From: an uncultured Nitrososphaerota archaeon
Lineage (GTDB): Archaea; Thermoproteota; Nitrososphaeria; Nitrososphaerales; Nitrosopumilaceae
Assembly (NCBI GenBank): GCA_963824385.1
Contig: CAWGPD010000001.1
Location: 160,001-224,000 of the forward strand
Length of the DNA stretch: 64,000 nucleotides
Direction: 5' to 3'
Below, piece by piece: positions 31,999 to 39,038 of the stretch. The notes beneath the pieces were generated by a model that ran no database searches, was not told the DNA's origin, and worked only from the letters and a program-made list of their open reading frames with translations. How positions within the stretch are numbered: position 1 is the stretch's first letter; every line of letters begins with the position of its first letter. The position numbers and the translations under genes were made by a program.

Positions 31999-32220
31999 TT
32001 ATTGCTTTTTCCTTTTAGGTAGAAACAGAATCATCGTTCCTAGAATAATCAAGATACCAACTAGCACGGTATACATCAATGCCAGCGGCAATGACCTGAC
32101 ATAATCAGTCTCCTGGTTAGGAATTAGAAAATTAGAGCCTGTAGAAAGTTGCCATATAAGAAAAAAAGAGCCAATTAATGCAATCATATCAATAATCAGA
32201 ATTTTTCTAAATGGCTTCAT
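31999..32220 (-). CDS. Small two-TM membrane protein
   Basis: Two hydrophobic helices and a basic tail. Confidence 0.55.
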   Translation of the reverse strand: MKPFRKILIIDMIALIGSFFLIWQLSTGSNFLIPNQETDYVRSLPLALMYTVLVGILIILGTMILFLPKRKKQ

Positions 32221-32277
32221 GAAATCACTACCAAAGTACTAACGTTAAACAATTTCTAGAAATTCACGATGATTTCT

Positions 32278-32580
32278 TTATGTTTTTCTTTTCTTTGGCT
32301 GGTTGCCTTGCTGTTTTCTTTTAGGTCGTTTAGAGTTATCATACTCTTTTGCCCTATTTTCAGTATAGTTAATCTGAAGCATAACATGTCGAATTTTTTT
32401 TCTTTTTTGTACATCTGGAAAATGAAGTAACATGAATTCATCTAGTTCTTCAACGCCCCGTTCTTCTAGTATCTCTAATCCAATTCTTCCCGCTTCACGC
32501 GAGTTGTCCAATCCACACTTGGGACATGTTGCACCTCGTAGAATTTTTGATCTGCATCTAGAATCAATACAGCGCATCAT
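32278..32580 (-). CDS. Hypothetical protein with N-terminal zinc ribbon
   Basis: C-x4-C...CPKCG and a Lys-rich tail. Confidence 0.55.
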   Translation of the reverse strand: MMRCIDSRCRSKILRGATCPKCGLDNSREAGRIGLEILEERGVEELDEFMLLHFPDVQKRKKIRHVMLQINYTENRAKEYDNSKRPKRKQQGNQPKKRKT

Positions 32581-32695
32581 GGAGTAAATTCTGTAAACGT
32601 TCTATAAAAACAACTGGAATTTTTCAAAAGATATGAATTGTTGAAATTTACAAAACAGAAAACATCAAAAGTGCCAATTCATCACAAGAATTCAA

Positions 32696-32833
32696 TTGAA
32701 TAAAGAAGAATGTCTAGAATGCATGTCCAAAAATACCGGTGAGTATATGGACCCAATTGAAAAAAGCGACGGCATGCACTATTATTTTCTGTGCGAAGAT
32801 TGTAAGCACGAGTGGGAAATAATAAGAAAATAA
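32696..32833 (+). CDS. 45-aa zinc-ribbon micro-protein, TFS/RpoM C-ribbon-like (not in ORF track)
   Basis: TTG-start MNKEECLECMSKNTGEYMDPIEKSDGMHYYFLCEDCKHEWEIIRK. Confidence 0.6.
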   Translation: MNKEECLECMSKNTGEYMDPIEKSDGMHYYFLCEDCKHEWEIIRK

Positions 32834-32838
32834 TTCTA

Positions 32839-32855
32839 AATAGAAATTGCTAAAT
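32839..32855 (+). promoter_or_regulatory. Repeated 17-nt promoter module, copy 1
   Basis: AATAGAAATTGCTAAAT ends 25 nt before ATG 32880. Confidence 0.6.
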
Positions 32856-32879
32856 CACCTATTCTAACTTTGAACAATA

Positions 32880-33077
32880 ATGGGTTTTGAAGGAATAGAC
32901 AATCAGATTGAGCGTTATACAAAGCAGATTAACGAAATCACTGAAAAACTCAAAGATCCTAATCTTAGATATACTGCAAAAAAGAAACTAGAATCGGAAT
33001 TGGCAATTGCCACCCAAGAAAGAACAAAATGGAAGATACGAAAAAATAACCAATTTACTACAAGGCACAAGCAATAG
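32880..33077 (+). CDS. Small coiled-coil protein
   Basis: 65-aa helical ORF preceded by the repeated promoter module. Confidence 0.6.
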   Translation: MGFEGIDNQIERYTKQINEITEKLKDPNLRYTAKKKLESELAIATQERTKWKIRKNNQFTTRHKQ

Positions 33078-33088
33078 GTAAAATCAGA

Positions 33089-33238
33089 TTATATTTTTGC
33101 AGATTTTGCAACAGGCCTCATTCCGCCATGAATGTCATTTTTACATCCATCGCATACATATTGGTTAACAGAGCCTTTTCCATAATGACCGCATCTACAA
33201 CTAGTACATGCGCACAATACTCTGTCAAAGACTTTCAT
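33089..33238 (-). CDS. 49-aa Cys-rich micro-protein (not in ORF track)
   Basis: MKVFDRVLCACTSCRCGHYGKGSVNQYVCDGCKNDIHGGMRPVAKSAKI. Confidence 0.6.
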   Translation of the reverse strand: MKVFDRVLCACTSCRCGHYGKGSVNQYVCDGCKNDIHGGMRPVAKSAKI

Positions 33239-33544
33239 ACCAATTTGGTGCCATGCACGAATATTAAAACTGTTTTTAGTCCTAATTTGTCGATCATTAA
33301 CGGTACCTTACAATCTCGAATAGATTTAGTTCAATCATGACTAGTTTCCTGTAATTTGAGATCAGTCGATCAACAATCTTGCAAGTCGACATAAATCAGA
33401 AAAGTCATACAAATCAAAAAATAAAATTAGATCATTTTGATGTGCCAAAATGTATTCAACAAATCATCATTATCTCCATCATGGTATCAGATATTACAAA
33501 AAAATTCCATCGCACTTATGTTGGAATAAAAAATATCATACATA

Positions 33545-34096
33545 ATGCACAATTCCATAACAATAAGATTACCAGATGCAATGATTCAGGGCATTGATGA
33601 AATTTGTAAAAAGCAAGAAAGTACAAGACAAGAAATAATCAGAAGAGCACTATCAATGATGTTACTTGATGAACATCGCATGTCAGAGTCTGAGATGCAA
33701 ACATCAAGACAATTTTCTCCAGACAAAGTACATTCCAAGATCCATGCCATAGTAATAGAAGATGATCATGACATGAGAGATATTTTTGCTGAAGTTCTTC
33801 AAATGCACAACATTACAGTCATTGGAACAGGCTCAAACGGCAAAGAGGCAGCAGACTTGTATGAGAAACTCCATCCAGACATTATCTTCATGGATATAAT
33901 GATGCCTGCATACGATGGATTTTACGGAATACAAGCAATTCAAAAGATTAACCCAGATGCAAAGATAATCATAGTGACAGGCGGTGTGATTGATTCAAAA
34001 AAGAATCCGCTTTCCAAAACAACACAGATTGTGGAAAAACCAGTAGATATGAAAGGCATAATGAATGCCGTAAATAAAATTATGATATCAAACTAA
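33545..34096 (+). CDS. Ribbon-helix-helix plus response-regulator receiver fusion
   Basis: ITIRLP..IDE..RQEIIRRAL (RHH); IEDD, FMDIMMP, VTG and EKP (REC). Confidence 0.88.
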   Translation: MHNSITIRLPDAMIQGIDEICKKQESTRQEIIRRALSMMLLDEHRMSESEMQTSRQFSPDKVHSKIHAIVIEDDHDMRDIFAEVLQMHNITVIGTGSNGKEAADLYEKLHPDIIFMDIMMPAYDGFYGIQAIQKINPDAKIIIVTGGVIDSKKNPLSKTTQIVEKPVDMKGIMNAVNKIMISN

Positions 34097-34141
34097 CCAT
34101 TTTAGCACATACAATATATGGTATAAAAAAACACAAAAATC

Positions 34142-34426
34142 ATGGGCGACGGAATAGGAGGTCCTGTAATTAGTTGCTTGTCTGGAGACACTTTTGAGAT
34201 GTCAGTCACCCATTTTCGTAAAGACAATAAAGATGAATATGGAAATGTTGAAAGAATTGTGATTGCCAAGGTTGACAATCCCGAAGAACCGCAATATGAA
34301 GAAAAGACTGTTTATGATTTAGAACGTGCACTAAAGGGAAAGTTTGTCACATGCAATGTACAGTATAGGGACCCAAAAACAGATAGGCTGATTTGTAATG
34401 TATTTGTTCAAAATCCTCCAGAGTAG
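34142..34426 (+). CDS. Truncated thermonuclease (SNase)-like OB-fold protein
   Basis: SGDTF, IAKVDNPE, L-KGK-V and RD-x3-RL pattern. Confidence 0.6.
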   Translation: MGDGIGGPVISCLSGDTFEMSVTHFRKDNKDEYGNVERIVIAKVDNPEEPQYEEKTVYDLERALKGKFVTCNVQYRDPKTDRLICNVFVQNPPE

Positions 34427-34563
34427 AACATAACAGATCGTGACCAGTATCTCCAATCGGTCAAAGGATTGCCATACTAACATCATTCCGTTTGGAGGTC
34501 TACGGTCTGTAACATGGCATACTTGATAGAATAAATTGTTTGCCCGACCGCTCCTTTATTGCC

Positions 34564-34580
34564 AATAGAAATTGCTAAAT
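34564..34580 (+). promoter_or_regulatory. Repeated 17-nt promoter module, copy 2
   Basis: AATAGAAATTGCTAAAT ends 25 nt before TTG 34605. Confidence 0.6.
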
Positions 34581-34604
34581 CATTAAACTGACTTTATTGA
34601 TACG

Positions 34605-34775
34605 TTGCAGAAAAAATGTGCCAAATGTGGAGATCCGTTTGAATGTGAAGAGCGTGAGACATGCTGGTGCTCCCAAGAGCCATCATTAAAAGAAAAAGAG
34701 ATCAAATATGATTCCTGTGTATGCAAGAGATGTCTTATTTTACAATATGGCAATCGTTTGATAGGAAATGATTAA
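34605..34775 (+). CDS. Cys-rich CWC family micro-protein (not in ORF track)
   Basis: MQKKCAKCGDPFECEERETCWC...SCVCKRCL: CxxCG-x2-F-x-C...CWC...CxCxxCL. Confidence 0.8.
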   Translation: MQKKCAKCGDPFECEERETCWCSQEPSLKEKEIKYDSCVCKRCLILQYGNRLIGND

Positions 34776-34835
34776 AAGTAATATAACAAAAATCAATTTT
34801 TTAAAACCTATATAGTTTGATGACGTATAGGAACC

Positions 34836-34925
34836 GAACCGTTGCTGAAAAGTAAGGTTACGAAACGTTGCTGAAAGAATGTATTTGCGAGGTCCGACAT
34901 GAGAAGTTTGAGGCAGCAACGGTTC
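34836..34925. other. Intergenic element closed by a perfect 12-bp inverted repeat (possible small RNA)
   Basis: GAACCGTTGCTG (34836-47) / CAGCAACGGTTC (34914-25); internal direct repeat CGTTGCTGAAA x2. Confidence 0.45.
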
Positions 34926-34957
34926 AGATGTTATAAAATATCCACTAGCTAAACATC

Positions 34958-34974
34958 AATAGAAATTGCTAAAT
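34958..34974 (+). promoter_or_regulatory. Repeated 17-nt promoter module, copy 3
   Basis: AATAGAAATTGCTAAAT ends 26 nt before TTG 35000. Confidence 0.6.
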
Positions 34975-34999
34975 TATTGTATCAATCCACAATTGTAAA

Positions 35000-35197
35000 T
35001 TGAAAATTAATAGGATGTCAATTTTGTCTTTTATCACGTTTGGCCTTTCAGCACTATCATTTCTAGTCATGCGTATATACGAATCAAAGATTGCAGGATG
35101 GGCAGCAGTAGTTTTTGGTTTTATTGCCATTGGAAGCATGACAATTGTAGGATTACAAAGATTAAGAGATGGCAAAATTGCCAAATCTCAGAATTAA
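35000..35197 (+). CDS. Small two-TM membrane protein
   Basis: Two hydrophobic helices; preceded by the repeated promoter module. Confidence 0.6.
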   Translation: MKINRMSILSFITFGLSALSFLVMRIYESKIAGWAAVVFGFIAIGSMTIVGLQRLRDGKIAKSQN

Positions 35198-35248
35198 ACA
35201 AGCAATACTAGCTTATGAAGAGTTCAAATAAGATATTGAGAAAATACA

Positions 35249-35674
35249 ATGTGGGTAATAATGGGATTATTTGGCAGTAAAAATCAAGTTTGTACAGTTT
35301 GTAAAAAAGAGGTTCCCAGTACAAGCAAGCCCAAAAAAGAGTGGAATCTCAAAGGGGCAGTATGCGCCAAGTGTTATGTAGAATTGATGAAAAAACCTCA
35401 CGAGAAAAAAAAGAATCCTGATGACATGTGTGTACTATGCGGCTCAGAACCTGGCGGGTTATACCTGTGGAAGCCAAAAAAACAATGGTCTCTAAAAGGA
35501 TGGCTATGTGAGCCTTGTTACAATGAAAAAGAAAAAACTGACAATGAGTTGAAAAAAAATTGTGTTTTATGTAATGCAAAACTTGGCTTTATTGCACGTC
35601 ATGCAAAAAAAGAATGGAATGTTGAAGGATATCTATGCAAAAACTGCTGGAATTTACAAGAATCAAAAACTTGA
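35249..35674 (+). CDS. Protein with three tandem C4 zinc-finger repeats
   Basis: 3x CxxC...(P/A)KK(E/Q)W-x3-G-x2-CxxC. Confidence 0.8.
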   Translation: MWVIMGLFGSKNQVCTVCKKEVPSTSKPKKEWNLKGAVCAKCYVELMKKPHEKKKNPDDMCVLCGSEPGGLYLWKPKKQWSLKGWLCEPCYNEKEKTDNELKKNCVLCNAKLGFIARHAKKEWNVEGYLCKNCWNLQESKT

Positions 35675-35765
35675 ATTTTTCTCATCTAAGAACTAACTTT
35701 AAGATCTTTGTTTGGATGATGAGGATTAGTTAAATCACAGTAAAACAGAGAAATATCAGAATACA

Positions 35766-36257
35766 ATGAATATTGTAAAAATAGCGATGTTAATCGTAGC
35801 AGCTGCTGCCATTGTTGCAATTGTTGTATCTATAGATCCTTTCAAGCCTGCCAGTACCAGCGGTATAATCAGATTGAGTGTAACGGCTCAAACAACTCCA
35901 GATAACATAAAGGTGCACACTGAATCAGATATTACCAATATTGATATTGATACAACAATTTTGGATAATTCAACATTAGATAATATTCCTGTATTGAAAA
36001 ATGCAATTGATCAAGCAAATAGCAGATTTGTCCCCCCTCCATTCCATGGTAGACATACTTTTGAAACGCGAATAACCCAAGATGATGCAAATTCCATTAT
36101 CCAGTTAGCTGGAAGTAAAGTAAATCAACTACCCCCAACTCAATTCGATGATTCCAATTTTGGAGTAAGTTTTAATGATAACACGTCTATCATGGAATTC
36201 AAGCTGGATAATTTCTATTATTATGTTACAGTAGAGCAGCTCACGCCCGCATCATAA
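35766..36257 (+). CDS. Membrane-anchored hypothetical protein
   Basis: N-terminal hydrophobic helix. Confidence 0.7.
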   Translation: MNIVKIAMLIVAAAAIVAIVVSIDPFKPASTSGIIRLSVTAQTTPDNIKVHTESDITNIDIDTTILDNSTLDNIPVLKNAIDQANSRFVPPPFHGRHTFETRITQDDANSIIQLAGSKVNQLPPTQFDDSNFGVSFNDNTSIMEFKLDNFYYYVTVEQLTPAS

Positions 36258-36314
36258 TTGTGTGATTAAATAATACAGACATGTCCCTATTAGGGATAAT
36301 TCCTATTTTCATCC

Positions 36315-36692
36315 GTGTTAGAAGTTCTTGCAAAAAATGAATCTGGTCATTTTTATGACAAATCAATATTAAATGAAGGAGTAGAGTTTATCGGATTAAT
36401 TAACAAGCATGGAAAGATGGAAGATATTTTATCCAAAAATGAGATAAATCTATCACAGGAAAGAATAGCAATGTTTTCAATGGAACTTAGGTTACAAAGC
36501 TCCATGTTAAGTGATTTTGATCCAGAGTTTGGACCAGTAAGTTACACCCTGACAGAGAGAGAAGAATTAAAGTTTGTTTCAATACAGGTCTTTCCATATA
36601 TCATACTGGCAATTATGAAAAACGATATTGACCATACTCCAATGATTGATAAAATTAAAATCAATGTACAAAATTTTAAAAATAAAGCCTAA
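36315..36692 (+). CDS. Roadblock-like (DUF6659-like) protein
   Basis: VEFIGLINKHG...DFDPEFGPVSY; resembles ORF 30657. Confidence 0.7.
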   Translation: MLEVLAKNESGHFYDKSILNEGVEFIGLINKHGKMEDILSKNEINLSQERIAMFSMELRLQSSMLSDFDPEFGPVSYTLTEREELKFVSIQVFPYIILAIMKNDIDHTPMIDKIKINVQNFKNKA

Positions 36693-36738
36693 GCTGTAAG
36701 ACTAGTCTCCTTTTTTGCCACGAAATATTTGCGCCATG

Positions 36739-36927
36739 TCAGACTAAGAGATACATTGCACCAATTGCAAACATTGCACTAAAAAGCAACAAAGATGGAA
36801 AACCATACAGACTAGTTTGAGAATAATTTTCGAAATTAGCTGCATTAAGATAATTCCAGGATTGGGACAGTCCTATTATACCGACTATAACCAGAGCAAC
36901 TTGAAACAGTATTGATTTTATAGACAT
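36739..36927 (-). CDS. Small two-TM membrane protein
   Basis: Two hydrophobic helices. Confidence 0.5.
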   Translation of the reverse strand: MSIKSILFQVALVIVGIIGLSQSWNYLNAANFENYSQTSLYGFPSLLLFSAMFAIGAMYLLV

Positions 36928-37216
36928 GCTAGAAGTATTCCTCTTTTATTCAAGTGTATAATCTGTTCTCCTTCGGACCTATATTGACATTCTCGATTTG
37001 ATTATCTGTATGATTTGGTCTAAATTTTAGCAGTCATTTTCAAAGCATCATGATGATAATTATGATTTATAGAATTTCCAGCAAATTACATTTTCCATAT
37101 AATATGAATCACTAACTATTCAGGCATGAAATCAAAGATTCAAAAAACAAAGTGATAACCAGTCAACTAAATATTGGTAAAATCTTTTTAGACAGAAATA
37201 ACAATACCAATGCATC

Positions 37217-37519
37217 TTGTTGTTAGACATCAATACCATAATTAGAGAAATAGAAGAGTACGTAGCAAATTTTGGTGGAAATTATCCAGATTGGTATGTA
37301 GGAATAGCGTCAAATCCTAAAAACATGTTATTCCAAGACCATAATGTTCATGTAGAAAACGATGTATGGATACACAAACTTGCAAGATCATTAAATGACG
37401 TAAGGGTAATAGAAGATCATTTTCACAATGTAAGACATGCAGATGGTGCAAGCAGGATAGGAGACAATACTACTGTATACATTTACGCATATAGAAAAAC
37501 AAAACATACTAGAGAATAA
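37217..37519 (+). CDS. Hypothetical protein with a GIY-YIG-like YVG motif
   Basis: WYVGIASNP-x3-L-x3-H...IE-x2-F. Confidence 0.55.
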   Translation: MLLDINTIIREIEEYVANFGGNYPDWYVGIASNPKNMLFQDHNVHVENDVWIHKLARSLNDVRVIEDHFHNVRHADGASRIGDNTTVYIYAYRKTKHTRE

Positions 37520-37602
37520 CACTAGTTTTTTCAAGTTAAATTTCCTACGATAAAGTAATTTGGTGGAGACCTTAATAATTACAAAATATATGCTTATGTG
37601 AT

Positions 37603-37842
37603 TTGTCCATCTTTTCTGGAAACAATAAAACTCGAAAAAGATTGGTACGTCCTACAAAAATACAAGTTGCACGAAGTCAGAATTTCATGTGTGATGGTTG
37701 TAAAGGACAGATAACAAGTGACGATGCGTATGACATTTTTCATAAAGATGGAGACTCGTCAAACAACAACATTACAAATTTAAAGGTCGTACACACTAAA
37801 TGTCACAGAATAATCAATAGTAAAAAGAAAAAGGGAAAATAA
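37603..37842 (+). CDS. Minimal HNH endonuclease-like protein
   Basis: CDGC...DIFHKDGDSSNN-x3-NL-x3-HTKCH. Confidence 0.7.
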   Translation: MSIFSGNNKTRKRLVRPTKIQVARSQNFMCDGCKGQITSDDAYDIFHKDGDSSNNNITNLKVVHTKCHRIINSKKKKGK

Positions 37843-37909
37843 TGATTCTTAGAAATTTCCTAGAGTTGATGATGATTAGAAATGATGTTGCTGTTTTATC
37901 GTAAAATAC

Positions 37910-38905
37910 TCAAATAAGTAATAATCTAGCTCTGATAGATAATACAATTACTGATAGAATTGAAATTCCAAGCATTATTGATGCAACAGAACCAAATTCA
38001 GGAACAGTTTGTGCTGTCTTGGATAAGAATGAAAATCCATGTGCACTTACAGCATTATTGAAATATCCCCCAACTATCTGACCTACACTATTAATTTCAT
38101 TTGCAGCTGTATTGATAGAATTTGGGTAATCAATTGAGGTATAGACACCAGATGAAAGTAGAAAACCATGGTAGTTTCCTAAACTATCATCATATTGTCC
38201 AACTATCTGGCCAGCATCATTAATTCCGTTAATATGAGTACCAGTGGCATTAGGATAATCAATTTGGGTAAAAGTGCCAGATGAGAGTAGAAAACCATGA
38301 AAGTGTCCCGAACCATCAACATATTCTCCAACTATTTGTCCTGCATTGTTAATTCCATTGGCACGTGTACCAGTGGCATTTGGATAATCTATTGAGGTGT
38401 ATGTACCAGATGAAAGTAGAAAACCATGGTAGTATGCAGAACTATCATCATAATATCCAACTATCTTGCCATCAGCGTTAATTCCACTAGCACCTGTACG
38501 AGTGGCATTAGGGTAATCAATTGAGGTGTATGTACCAGATGAATAAAGAAAACCGCGATAGTGTGGTGAGCCGTCACTATATTGCCCAACTATCTGACCA
38601 TCATTGTTAATCCCAATAGCATCCGTAGCAACAGCATTGGGATAATCTATTGAGGTGTATGTACCAGATGAAAGTAGAAAACCATGTGGAGGATACTTTG
38701 AGCCATAATCAAATTCTCCAACTATCTGCCCAGCATTGTTAATTCCATTAGCTGCTGAACGAGTGGCATTTGGATAATCTATCATGTTAAAACTATTTTG
38801 TGTTGATTGTGATAGTGTTGTACCTGTTGTATCTTCTTGGGCAAATGCGTTGATAGTGCCAAATGAACACAAGATGATAATAATTCCAGAAATTAAATAT
38901 CTCAT
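37910..38905 (-). CDS. Secreted HAF-type repeat protein with PEFG-CTERM sorting signal
   Basis: Signal peptide; six ~42-aa repeats IDYPNA...GIN-x2-GQIVG...HGFL; C-terminal VPEFG + TM + basic residues. Confidence 0.88.
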   Translation of the reverse strand: MRYLISGIIIILCSFGTINAFAQEDTTGTTLSQSTQNSFNMIDYPNATRSAANGINNAGQIVGEFDYGSKYPPHGFLLSSGTYTSIDYPNAVATDAIGINNDGQIVGQYSDGSPHYRGFLYSSGTYTSIDYPNATRTGASGINADGKIVGYYDDSSAYYHGFLLSSGTYTSIDYPNATGTRANGINNAGQIVGEYVDGSGHFHGFLLSSGTFTQIDYPNATGTHINGINDAGQIVGQYDDSLGNYHGFLLSSGVYTSIDYPNSINTAANEINSVGQIVGGYFNNAVSAHGFSFLSKTAQTVPEFGSVASIMLGISILSVIVLSIRARLLLI

Positions 38906-39038
38906 TGCTACTAATTTTTTATGGGATTAAATAAAGTCACTCATATTAGATGAAAGACTAAAGTTAAACAAACTGTTTTTAGATCATTACATCGACCAGA
39001 AATATTGTTCTCAAATCCAGCTAAGTGGAATTCTATTT

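Noticed and set aside
29783..38905. Prophage, integron or integrative element
   Set aside because: No integrase, transposase, structural genes, tRNA target or flanking direct repeats found
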